Shown here piece by piece: positions 44,038-52,890 of a DNA stretch of 64,000 bases (position 1 is the first letter of the stretch; each line of letters opens with the position of its first letter). Made by a program: the position numbers and the translations under genes. This stretch comes from an uncultured Candidatus Rokubacteria bacterium (GTDB taxonomy: Bacteria > Methylomirabilota > Methylomirabilia > Rokubacteriales > CSP1-6), in assembly GCA_963758635.1 (NCBI GenBank), contig CAVWWD010000008.1, positions 779,215 to 843,214 on the forward strand, in the 5' to 3' direction. The notes below the pieces were generated by a model, which was given only the letters and a program-made list of their open reading frames with translations, searched no databases and was not told where the DNA came from.

Positions 44038-45061
44038 CCCCGTCCGCCGGCGGGCCGCCCGCGGGCTCGCCGGCCTCGGGCGCGCCGCCGGTCTCTCCGC
44101 CGTCGCGCTCGCGGTGTTCGCCGCGGTGCTGGTCGTGTTCGGCAAGGATCCCGTCAAGGCCTACGTCGACGTCCTCTCGAGCACGCTCGGGAGCGGGTAC
44201 GGCGTGTCCGAGACGGTCGTCAAGATGATCCCACTCGTCCTGACCGCGGTGGCGGTGGCGGTGCCGGGCCGGGTGTGGCTGATCAACGTCGGCGGCGAGG
44301 GCCAGCTCTTCGTCGGAGCCCTCGCCGCGACGTGGGTGGCGCTCGGCCTGCACGGGCTGTCCGCGTGGATCGTGCTACCGTGCATGGCCGCCATGGGCTT
44401 CGCGGGCGGGGGCCTGTGGGCGGCCCTGGCGGGGTGGCTGCGGGCGCGCGGCTGGGTCAGCGAGACCATCTCGACGCTGCTGCTGAACTACGTGGCGATC
44501 CTGCTCGTGAACTTCTTCGTCTTCGGCCCGTGGAAGGACCCCGAAGGGGTGAACTACCCGCAGACGGCGGAGTTCGCGCCCGGCGCGGTGCTGCCCACGC
44601 TCGGCGGGACGCGCGTGCATCTCGGCCTGGCCTTCGCCATCCTTGCCGTCGCCGCGTTCGCCTTCGTGCTCGCGAGGACGCGCTGGGGTCTGGAGATGCG
44701 AGCGATGGGCGGCAACGCCGAGGCGGCGCGGCGCGCGGGCATCCCCGTCGGCCGGTACGTGGTGGCGCTCATGTTCCTGGGCGGCGGCCTGGCCGGCCTC
44801 GCGGGGATGGCCGAGGTGTCGGCGATCCAGGGGCGGCTCAGGCCCAGCCTGTCCCCGGGCTACGGCTACACGGGCTTCCTCGTGAGCTGGATGGCGGGTG
44901 GGCATCCGCTCGGCATCCTGGGCGCGGCCTTCCTGCTCGCCGTGGTCACCGCGGGAGGAGACATTCTCCAGATGTCGCAGGCGGTGCCCGGCTCGGTCGT
45001 GAACATCCTGATGGCCGTCATCCTGTTCGTCGTGCTCGGCCGCAGGACGGCCTGGCGCTGA
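44009..45061 (+). CDS. ABC transporter permease (BMP-family system)
   Basis: 350 aa, multi-TM: INVGGEGQLFVGALAA, RAMGGNAEAARRAGIPV. Confidence 0.85.
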   Translation: MSEARASAPDPVRRRAARGLAGLGRAAGLSAVALAVFAAVLVVFGKDPVKAYVDVLSSTLGSGYGVSETVVKMIPLVLTAVAVAVPGRVWLINVGGEGQLFVGALAATWVALGLHGLSAWIVLPCMAAMGFAGGGLWAALAGWLRARGWVSETISTLLLNYVAILLVNFFVFGPWKDPEGVNYPQTAEFAPGAVLPTLGGTRVHLGLAFAILAVAAFAFVLARTRWGLEMRAMGGNAEAARRAGIPVGRYVVALMFLGGGLAGLAGMAEVSAIQGRLRPSLSPGYGYTGFLVSWMAGGHPLGILGAAFLLAVVTAGGDILQMSQAVPGSVVNILMAVILFVVLGRRTAWR

Positions 45062-45975
45062 TGGCGGCCCTCATCCGGAGCCTGCTTGCCGGCGCCGCCG
45101 TCTCCGGCGCCCCGCTCCTCTACGCGACGCTCGCCGAGCTGGTCAGCGAGCGCGCGGGCATCGTGAACCTCGGGCTGGAAGGCGTCATGCTGATGGGCGC
45201 GGTCACGGGCTTCGCCGTCACCGCGAGCACGGGATCGTCGGCCCTCGGCGTGCTCGCCGCGGCGGCCGCCGGCGCCGCGTTCAACATGATCTTCGCGTAC
45301 CTGGTCGTGGGCCGGCGGGCCAACCAGCTCGCGAGCGGGCTGGCCCTCATGTTCTGCGGCGTGGGGCTCTCCGCGCTCGTGGGGGCGCCGTACGTGGGCC
45401 GCCAGATCGCAGGCCTGCCCGAGCTGCCGGTGCCGGTGCTCTCCGCCGTGCCCGTGATCGGCCCCGCCCTCTTCACCCACGACGCGCTGGTCTACGGGGC
45501 GGTGCCCGCGGCCCTGCTGCTCCACTGGCTGCTCTTCTCGACGCGCTGGGGGCTCGGGCTGCGCGCGGTCGGGGAGAACCCCGCGGCCGCGTTCGCCGCC
45601 GGACGCAGTCCATGGGCCGTCCAGTACCAGGCGCTCGCCATCGCGGGGATGCTCGGGGGCATCGCCGGCGCCTCGCTCTCCGTCGGGATCGCCCGGGCGT
45701 GGGCCGAGTGGATGACGGCGGGACGCGGGTTCATCGCGGTGGCGCTGGTGATCTTCGCCAAGTGGCAGCCCCTTCGCGCCATCGGCGGCGCGCTCCTGTT
45801 CGGAGGCGCCATCTCGCTGCAGCTCCAGCTCCAGGCGCGCGGGCTGCCGGTCTCGCCGTTCCTCCTCGACATGCTGCCGTATCTTCTGAGCCTGGCCGTG
45901 CTGATCGGGTGGGGCGGCGCGCGGCGGCACGCCGCGCCCGGGAGCCTGGGCCGGGTCTTCCAGGGCACGCCGTAG
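45061..45975 (+). CDS. ABC transporter permease (BMP-family system, second)
   Basis: ATG overlaps the previous stop (TGATG). GIVNLGLEGVMLMGAVTGF, LRAVGENPAAAFAAG. Confidence 0.85.
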   Translation: MAALIRSLLAGAAVSGAPLLYATLAELVSERAGIVNLGLEGVMLMGAVTGFAVTASTGSSALGVLAAAAAGAAFNMIFAYLVVGRRANQLASGLALMFCGVGLSALVGAPYVGRQIAGLPELPVPVLSAVPVIGPALFTHDALVYGAVPAALLLHWLLFSTRWGLGLRAVGENPAAAFAAGRSPWAVQYQALAIAGMLGGIAGASLSVGIARAWAEWMTAGRGFIAVALVIFAKWQPLRAIGGALLFGGAISLQLQLQARGLPVSPFLLDMLPYLLSLAVLIGWGGARRHAAPGSLGRVFQGTP

Positions 45976-46087
45976 GGATGCGTCCCGGCGGCACGCGACG
46001 CGTGTGCACGGAGAAGCGCGATGTTGGCGCGCGCGCCGGCGTCGAGTTCTGCATTTGTGTCACAACATGGAGGCAAGGAGCCACGTC

Positions 46088-47167
46088 ATGAACGCGACGA
46101 GAGCGCTGGCGGCACTGCTGAGCGGGGTCCTCCTGCTGTCCGCTGCCGGGTCCCCCGCCACGGCGGCCGGGCTCAAGGTGGGAGTCGTGCACATCGGATC
46201 CGTCGCGGACGGCGGATACAACCAGGCCCACGCCGAGGGCATCCAGGCCATGAAGCGCAACGTGCCGGGCGTGGAGGTCATCACGGTCGAGAACGTCCCC
46301 GAGGGCGCGGACGCCGAGCGCGTGATGGAGAACATGATCAAGCAGGGGGCGACCCTGATCTTCGCGGCCAGCTTCGGCTACCTCGAGCCCGCGCTGCGTG
46401 TCGCCGCCCGGTACCCGGAGGTGAAGTTCGTCCACCCCGGCGGCTACAAGCGCGCGCCCAACCTGACGACGTACTGGGCGAGCACGCCCGAGGCCTTCTA
46501 CCTGATGGGCGTGGCCGCGGGCAAGACGACGAAGACGAACAAGCTGGGGTACGTGGTGGCGCTGCCCATCAGCTTCTTCCTCGCCAACGTGAACGCGTTC
46601 CAGCTCGGCGCGCGCTCGGTGAACCCGAAGGCCGAGACGCGCGTCGTCTTCACGGGCGGATTCATGGACCCCGCCAAGGAAGCGGCCGCGGCGAGCGCGC
46701 TCCTGGACCAGGGCGTGGACGTGCTCGGGGTCATCGTGGACTCGCCGGTCACCGTGGTCCAGACCGCGGAGAAGCGCGGCGCGTACTCGGTGGGGTTCCA
46801 CTACGTCGGCGCCCAGAAGTTCGCGCCGAAGGGATGGGTCAGCGGCGTCGCGTTCACGTGGGGCAACCTCTACACGACGTTCGCGACGCAGGTCATGGAA
46901 GGCCGCTTCAAGAGCGAGAACATCCTGGGCTCGCTCGCCGACGACTTCCTGACCATCGCGCCGTTCGGCCCCGCCGTGCCCCCGGACGCGGCGCAGCTCG
47001 TCGCCACCGCCCGCCAGGAGCTCGTGTCCGGCAAGCGCCAGCCCTTCGTGGGACCGCTCAAGGACAACCGCGGCGCCGAGCGGGTGAAGGCGGGCGAGAC
47101 CTTCCCGCTCACCGACCTCCGCAAGATGGACTGGCTCGTCGAGGGCGTGGTCGGCCAGCCGCGCTGA
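46088..47167 (+). CDS. BMP family ABC transporter substrate-binding protein
   Basis: ATG 46088 after AAGGAG, with a signal peptide. KVGVVHIGSVADGGYNQAHAEGI, FAASFGY, KLGYVVALPI. Confidence 0.85.
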   Translation: MNATRALAALLSGVLLLSAAGSPATAAGLKVGVVHIGSVADGGYNQAHAEGIQAMKRNVPGVEVITVENVPEGADAERVMENMIKQGATLIFAASFGYLEPALRVAARYPEVKFVHPGGYKRAPNLTTYWASTPEAFYLMGVAAGKTTKTNKLGYVVALPISFFLANVNAFQLGARSVNPKAETRVVFTGGFMDPAKEAAAASALLDQGVDVLGVIVDSPVTVVQTAEKRGAYSVGFHYVGAQKFAPKGWVSGVAFTWGNLYTTFATQVMEGRFKSENILGSLADDFLTIAPFGPAVPPDAAQLVATARQELVSGKRQPFVGPLKDNRGAERVKAGETFPLTDLRKMDWLVEGVVGQPR

Positions 47168-47175
47168 CGGCCGGG

Positions 47176-48393
47176 CTATCCGGCGGGCGAGCCCCGCGCA
47201 TCAGACCCAGGCCGAGCGGTGGGATTGTAGAGGCCCGTGTCGGTTAGCGTGCCCTGCGAGGGTCTTTGGCCCGCGGCGCCCGGGCGGTCGAAGCGGAGGC
47301 GGCGCCACAGCTCGGGCCGGGCGTCGCGGCCGAGGGCGAGACGGGCGAGCACGTCACCGATCATCGGCGAGAGCGCGAAGCCGTGGCCGGAGAAGCCCGC
47401 GGCGACGAAGAGCCCGTCGATGCCGGGAACGGGCCCCAGCACCGGAACCTCGTCGGGGGTGAACGCCTCGAGCCCGGCCCAGCCCCGGGCGAACGCGACG
47501 CCCGCGACGGACGGGTACACCTCCCGAGCGGTCGCCAGGCTCGAGTCCACGCTGTCCGGGATCAGCTCCCAGCCGTTGGCCGACAGGTTCACGACGCGCG
47601 CGGGCCAGCCGCCGCCGATCAGGTACGCGCCGGAGTCGAGCTGCTTGAAGCTCAGCTTCCGGCCGAAGGCGCCCAGCACCGGCTGGAGCGCGGCGCGCGC
47701 CGTCGCCGTGAGGAGCATCTGGAGCGGGCGCGTCTCCAGGCGGAGTCCGATCTCGGCGCTCGCCAGCAGCCCGGCAGTCCAGACGCCGGCGGCCACGATG
47801 GCGACATCGCACCCCTGGACGGCGCCGTCGCTGCGCCGGATGCCGGTGAGACGCCCGCCGGTGACGACGAGGGCGTCCGCGCCCACGCCTTCCTCGATGC
47901 GTGCCCGCTCGCGCAGGGCCGCGATGCCGAACGCGCGCACGGTCCCCATCGCGTCGGCCTGGCCGTCGATCGGCGAGTAGACGCCGCCGAGGCATGCCGG
48001 CGTCACGCCGGGCGCGAGCTGGCGGGCCGAGGGGGCGTCCACGACCTCGAGGGTGACGCCATCCTTCGCCTGCTCCGCGACCCACCCCGGCGCCTCTCGC
48101 CACGCGTCGTCGTCCAGCGCCACGCGCAGCCCCCCGCCCCTCCGGTACTCGGTCGGGTGTCCCAGCTCCCGCGAGAGGTCCGGCCATCGGTCGAGGCTGG
48201 CGAGGGCCAGGGCGCGCTCGGCGGGGTCACGGCCCATCACGCGTACGCCGGCCGCGCTGGCGCCCGATGCGGCGGCGCCGATCTGTTCGCGCTCGAGCAC
48301 GGTGACCTGCACGCTCGGGTCCTCACGGCGGATGTGCCAGGCCGTGCTGAGGCCCATCAGCCCGCCGCCCACGATGACCACGGAGATCGGCAC
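47176..48393 (-). CDS. FAD-dependent oxidoreductase (DAO/glycine-oxidase-like)
   Basis: GTG 48393 after GAGGGGA. Dinucleotide fold ISVVIVGGGLMGLSTAW. Also AAGFSGHGFALSP. The last ~30 codons are the antisense of Z copy C, so the native C-terminus is uncertain. Confidence 0.8.
   Translation of the reverse strand: MPISVVIVGGGLMGLSTAWHIRREDPSVQVTVLEREQIGAAASGASAAGVRVMGRDPAERALALASLDRWPDLSRELGHPTEYRRGGGLRVALDDDAWREAPGWVAEQAKDGVTLEVVDAPSARQLAPGVTPACLGGVYSPIDGQADAMGTVRAFGIAALRERARIEEGVGADALVVTGGRLTGIRRSDGAVQGCDVAIVAAGVWTAGLLASAEIGLRLETRPLQMLLTATARAALQPVLGAFGRKLSFKQLDSGAYLIGGGWPARVVNLSANGWELIPDSVDSSLATAREVYPSVAGVAFARGWAGLEAFTPDEVPVLGPVPGIDGLFVAAGFSGHGFALSPMIGDVLARLALGRDARPELWRRLRFDRPGAAGQRPSQGTLTDTGLYNPTARPGSDARGSPAG
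47188..47265 (+). repeat. Z repeat, copy C
   Basis: CGAGCCCCGCGCATCAGACCCAGGCCGAGCGGTGGGATTGTAGAGGCCCGTGTCGGTTAGCGTGCCCTGCGAGGGTCT. It lies 21 nt after the SBP stop, and the convergent flavoprotein ORF reads through it antisense. Confidence 0.75.
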
Positions 48394-48520
48394 CCGAGTC
48401 CCCTCGCCCCCGTATAGCACACCGAGCCTGGGCTGGTCCCGCCGCGCGTGGAATAATGCGGCCAACGGCCGAGGGGCGACCGGGAAGGGGTCCCGCCGTC
48501 CGCCGGTCCGGGAGGCGACC

Positions 48521-49525
48521 ATGGACAGACGCCACGGGCTCGGCCGGCGGGAGTTCCTGCGGGGGATGCGCGCGCTGGGCGTGGCGGCGGTCCCCGTCCT
48601 GGCGACGACGATCTCAACGTCCCCGGCTCGGTCGAGCGGCGGGGCAGGAGGATCTTCAATGAAGACGGCGTACGATCCGGCGGCGAAGTTCGAGCTGAAG
48701 GTGAGCGAGGTCGAGTTCCGGCGTGCGGTGAGCGGGCGCATGCTGATGGCCCGGATCTACCAGCCGCAGGGCGTGGGACCGTTCCCCGTGATCCTCGACC
48801 TCCACGGCGGCGCCTGGAACGGAAAGGACCGCACGGCGAACGAGCCCATGGACCGGGCGGTGGCGGCGAGCGGCGTGCTCGTGGTGGCCATCGACCTCAC
48901 GCTCGCCCCGGAGGCGCCGTATCCCGCGTCCGTCCAGGACGGCAACTTCGGGGTGCGCTGGCTCAAGTCACGGGCGGCCGAGTGGAACGGCGACCCGGGC
49001 GGGCTGGGGCTCATCGGCAGCTCGAGCGGCGGTCACGTGGCCCAGCTCCTCGCCATGCGCCCGCGCGACGCGCGCTACAACGCGCTGTCGGTGCCCGCGC
49101 ATCCCGCGGTGGACGCGACGGTGGCATACGTCGCCACGCGGTCGCCGATCAGCGACACGCAGGCGCGCTTCCAGCAGGCGGAGAAGATGAGCCGCGAGGG
49201 GATGATCAAGAGCAACCGGACGTACTTCCACCCGTGGGAGAGCATCGTCGAGGCCAACCCGCAGGGCATCCTCGACCGCCGCGAGCCGGTGTCGCTGCCG
49301 CCGCTCCTGATCATGCAGGGGGCCCTCGACGACAACGTGCTGCCCGCCGTGCAGGAGAAGTTCGCCGCGTCCTACCGCGCCGCGGGCGGGCAGTGCGACC
49401 TCACGATCTTCGAAGGGTGCGAGCACGAGTGGGTGGCGAAGCCGGGTCTCCAGACCGATCGCGCCCACGAGATGGTGAAGGCCTTCGTCGCGCGGAACCT
49501 GGCCGCGGCGCGGCGCGCGTCGTAA
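48521..49525 (+). CDS. alpha/beta hydrolase (fold-3 esterase-like) with Tat signal
   Basis: ATG after GGGAGG. Tat motif GRREFLRG, oxyanion LHGGAWNG, nucleophile elbow GSSSGGH. Confidence 0.8.
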   Translation: MDRRHGLGRREFLRGMRALGVAAVPVLATTISTSPARSSGGAGGSSMKTAYDPAAKFELKVSEVEFRRAVSGRMLMARIYQPQGVGPFPVILDLHGGAWNGKDRTANEPMDRAVAASGVLVVAIDLTLAPEAPYPASVQDGNFGVRWLKSRAAEWNGDPGGLGLIGSSSGGHVAQLLAMRPRDARYNALSVPAHPAVDATVAYVATRSPISDTQARFQQAEKMSREGMIKSNRTYFHPWESIVEANPQGILDRREPVSLPPLLIMQGALDDNVLPAVQEKFAASYRAAGGQCDLTIFEGCEHEWVAKPGLQTDRAHEMVKAFVARNLAAARRAS

Positions 49526-49552
49526 GGCCGGCCCTCGCGCCGGCCCGGGCGT

Positions 49553-50059
49553 CTACTCCAGGGGGCGGCCGAACCGCTCGAGGTGCGCCACCTCGCGGAG
49601 CGACTTGCGCCGCTTCTTGCCGCGACCCACCGGCCGCGCCGGGTAGCCGAACGGAAGGATCGCCAGCACCTCCAGGTCGGCCGGGATGCCGAGCACGCCC
49701 TTGACCCCGTCGAGCCCGCCGAAGCCCACCCAGTTCGAGCCGACGCCGTCGGCCCATGCCGCGAGCAGCATGGACTGGATGGCCCGGCTCGCGTCGGAGA
49801 CGGCGAAGCGGCTCTTGCTGGTCGCGACGACGACGGCGAGCGGCGCCTCGGCGACGTAGCGGCCGCTCGAGGCCAGCCCACCCAGCGTGCGGAGGGTCTC
49901 GCGGTCGCGGACCACGATGAAGTGCCAGGGCTGTCCGTTCATGCCGCTGCCGGTGAGGCGGCCCGCCTCCACGATGCGGCGGGTCACGTCGTCGGGCACC
50001 GGAGTGTTCCGATAGCTGCGCACGGCCAGGAGCGTGCGGATCGCCTCGAAGACATTCAT
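49553..50059 (-). CDS. nitroreductase family protein
   Basis: 168 aa: MNVFEAIRTLLAVRSYRNTPVPDDVTRRIVEAGRLTGSGMNGQPWHFIVV. Confidence 0.9.
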   Translation of the reverse strand: MNVFEAIRTLLAVRSYRNTPVPDDVTRRIVEAGRLTGSGMNGQPWHFIVVRDRETLRTLGGLASSGRYVAEAPLAVVVATSKSRFAVSDASRAIQSMLLAAWADGVGSNWVGFGGLDGVKGVLGIPADLEVLAILPFGYPARPVGRGKKRRKSLREVAHLERFGRPLE

Positions 50060-50065
50060 GGATGC

Positions 50066-50330
50066 TTACCTGCTATTCTTACGGGCCAATGAGCTCCGGC
50101 GCAAGATCCGCGGTCGGTCCGTGCTGCTGATCGCGGAGAGTTGGTGGGCCAGCTTTCCCTCGTCGTAGCCGCGCCCGGTGTAGGTGATGGGGATCTCGTA
50201 GACGCGGTAGCCGCGCCGGAAGAGCTTCAGCGTCACCTCCACCTCGAAGTCGAACGAGGACGATTGCAGATCCAGGTCACGCAGCGCCGCCGTCCGGATG
50301 ACCTTGAAGCCCAGAACGGCGGGTACACGA
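50066..50330 (-). pseudogene. C-terminal fragment of a GT2 (Dpm1-like) glycosyltransferase
   Basis: GFKVIRTAALRDLDLQSSSFDFEVEVTLKLFRRGYRVYEIPITYTGRGYDEGKL matches only the last third of the GT2 catalytic domain. No N-terminal part is present. Confidence 0.55.
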
Positions 50331-50547
50331 CGTTCAAGCCGCCCGCGTAGATGGGCTCGCCGGCGAGGAGGCGCCGGCCCTGCTCCCAGTGGCGGGGGAA
50401 GTCGCCGCGCGGGCCGACGACGATCAGGATCCACTCGACGGTGAGCCACGTGGCTCCCACGAGGATGGGGAGCCAGCGTCGCCGGCGACTCACGGGGCCG
50501 CTCGCCCGCGGACCGCGCCGCGGCCCGCGCTCGCGCACCAGCCCCAC
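50331..50547 (-). pseudogene. N-terminal fragment of a DUF2029/GT87-like membrane glycosyltransferase
   Basis: RRRRWLPILVGATWLTVEWILIVVGPRGDFPRHWEQGRRLLAGEPIYAGGLNVVYPPF stops abruptly at the junction with the GT2 fragment, in a different frame. Its start overlaps the XDH-family gene end. Confidence 0.45.
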
Positions 50548-52853
50548 ACACGGGCGGACGTGAGCGGGAGCTCGTCGGGCTCCGCCCCGAGCGGCGCCAG
50601 CGCATCGGCCACGGCGTTGGCGAGGACCGCGGCCGGCCCGAGCGTGCCGCCCTCGCCGACGCCACGCACCCCGGCCAGGTTCGCGGCCGCCTCCTCGACG
50701 TGCTCGACCTCGAACGACGGAAGCGAGGCCGCCGTGGGCAGCGCGTAGTCCATCAGGGTGCCGGTGAGGAGCTGTCCCGCCTCGTCGTAGACGAGGTGCT
50801 CGGCGAGAGCGCCGCCGATCCCCTGGGCGATCGCCCCGTGCACCTGGCCGTCCACGATGAGCGGGTTGATCACGCGGCCCGTGTCCTCCACGCAGACCCA
50901 GCGCCGGATGGCGATCGTCCCCGTCTCGGCGTCCACCTCGACGATGGCCGCCTGCGCGCCGGCGGCGAACGTGCCGCGGATGGGATCGTAGAAGCGGGTC
51001 ACGTCCAGCCCGGGCTCGGTGTCCGGCGGCAGCCGGTGGGTCTCCAGATGCGCGATGCGCGCCACCTCGGCCAGCGTCACGGCGCGGTCGGGAGCGCCGC
51101 GGACGCTCACCCGGCCGCCGGCCACCTCGAGGTCGTCCGCCGCCGCCTCGAGCACGTGCGCGGCGATGTGCACGATCTTGTCACGGAGGGCGCGGCTGGC
51201 ACGGAGCGTCGCGCCGCCGCCGATCACCGCCTGGCGCGACGCGAACGCCCCGAGGCCGAACGGGGTGGCGTCGGTGTCGCCAAGCACCACGCGGACGGCG
51301 GAGACGGGGACGCCGAGCTCGCCGGCGACGAGCTGGGCCATGGTCGTTTCCAGGCCCTGGCCTTGAGAGGTCACGCCGGCGAGGAGCGTGACCGCGCCGG
51401 ACGGGTCCATCCGGACGGTGGCGCCCTCGTGGCCGGTGCGAAACGGCATCCGTGGTCCCGCGGAGGCGGCCTGGCCGAGGCCGGTCAGCTCGTTGTAGAC
51501 GGCGAAGCCGATGCCCACGTGCCGCCCCTCGGCGCGCAGGCGCGCCTGCTCCGCCACGAAGCTCGCGTGGTCGATGGCGGCCACCGCCCGCTCGAAGCAC
51601 ACGGGATACGTCGAGCTGTCGTGGACGAGGCGGGTCGCGGAGGTGTACGGGAGGTCGGCGGGGCCGATCAGGTTGGCGCGGCGGACGGCGACCGCGTCGA
51701 GACCGAGCGCCCGCGCGCCGAGGTCGAGCACGCGCTCCATCACGAACGTGGTGGCCGGCCGCGCCACGCCGCGGTACGGGCCCGCCGGCGTGGTGTGCGT
51801 GGCCACCGCGGTGACCTCGCACCGGTAGTGCTCGAGCCGGTACGGGCCGGTCAGGAGGCCGCCCGCCATGAGCGCCTCGATGCCGGCGGTCCACGGCGTC
51901 ACGCCGTAGGCGCCGGCGTTGCAGGCCACGCGCGCGTCCAGGCCCACGAGCCGCCCCTCGGTGTCGAAGCCGGCCCGGACCTGGTAGACGTGGTCGCGGG
52001 CGTGCGCGGACGCGAGCATGCCCTCGCTGCGTCCCTCCACCCACTTCACGGGCCGCTCGAGCGAGATCGCAAGCACGCAGAGCGCCACGTCCTCCGGGTA
52101 GAGGATGGTCTTCACCCCGAAGCCGCCGCCCACGTCCGGCGCCACGACGCGCACCTGGTTCTCGGCGAGGCCCAGGATGCCGGCGAGGAGGTGCCGCGCG
52201 AGGTGCGGCACCTGGGTGCCCGACCACAGCGTGAGCTTCCCGTTGGCCGCGCTCCAGTCGGCCACGCCGCCCCGACCCTCGAGCGGAGCCGCGCACTGGC
52301 GGTTGGTGCGGAACGTGCGCTCCACGACGACGGCCGCGCGGGACAGCGCGGCGTCCACGTCGCCGGCCTGGAAGCGGCGCGAGAGGAGCACGTTGCCGGG
52401 CGCGGCCTCGTGCACGGTGGCAGCGCCGGGGAGCGTCGCGGCCAGCACGTCCACCGATGCGGACAGCGGTGTCTCGTCGACGACGACCAGGGCCGCGGCG
52501 TCCTCGACGCGATAGCGGTCGGCGCCCACCACGGCGGCGATCGCCTCGCCGGCGTGGCGCGCCACGGGCCACGCGAGGACGGGCTGGTCCGTCTCCACGT
52601 AGCCGGGGAGCGCCGAGCGTGCGCGGATGCGGAGAGCGGCGAAGAGCGGGTCTCCGCCGGTGACCACGGCGCGGATGCCGGGCTGGGCGGCCGCGGCGGC
52701 GACCTCGATGCCGCGCAGCCGGGCGTGCGCGTGGGCGCTCCGCACGAAGGCGACGTGGAGCAGGCGCGGCAGCTCTACGTCGCTGACGTAGCGACCACGG
52801 CCGGTGAAGAGGCGGGGGTCCTCGGTCCGCCGGATCGCCGCGCCGAAGGCCAC
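50490..52853 (-). CDS. xanthine dehydrogenase family protein, molybdopterin-binding (large) subunit (second copy)
   Basis: 787 aa: RRTEDPRLFTGRGRYVSD, GGGFGVK, PYRGVARP, GAIAQGIGGALAE, VRGVGEGGT. No FeS or FAD subunit genes adjacent. Confidence 0.9.
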   Translation of the reverse strand: MAFGAAIRRTEDPRLFTGRGRYVSDVELPRLLHVAFVRSAHAHARLRGIEVAAAAAQPGIRAVVTGGDPLFAALRIRARSALPGYVETDQPVLAWPVARHAGEAIAAVVGADRYRVEDAAALVVVDETPLSASVDVLAATLPGAATVHEAAPGNVLLSRRFQAGDVDAALSRAAVVVERTFRTNRQCAAPLEGRGGVADWSAANGKLTLWSGTQVPHLARHLLAGILGLAENQVRVVAPDVGGGFGVKTILYPEDVALCVLAISLERPVKWVEGRSEGMLASAHARDHVYQVRAGFDTEGRLVGLDARVACNAGAYGVTPWTAGIEALMAGGLLTGPYRLEHYRCEVTAVATHTTPAGPYRGVARPATTFVMERVLDLGARALGLDAVAVRRANLIGPADLPYTSATRLVHDSSTYPVCFERAVAAIDHASFVAEQARLRAEGRHVGIGFAVYNELTGLGQAASAGPRMPFRTGHEGATVRMDPSGAVTLLAGVTSQGQGLETTMAQLVAGELGVPVSAVRVVLGDTDATPFGLGAFASRQAVIGGGATLRASRALRDKIVHIAAHVLEAAADDLEVAGGRVSVRGAPDRAVTLAEVARIAHLETHRLPPDTEPGLDVTRFYDPIRGTFAAGAQAAIVEVDAETGTIAIRRWVCVEDTGRVINPLIVDGQVHGAIAQGIGGALAEHLVYDEAGQLLTGTLMDYALPTAASLPSFEVEHVEEAAANLAGVRGVGEGGTLGPAAVLANAVADALAPLGAEPDELPLTSARVWGWCASAGRGAVRGRAAP

Positions 52854-52890
52854 GAAGAGAGCTAGCGGGCGCGCCCGTCGCGGCGGCCGA

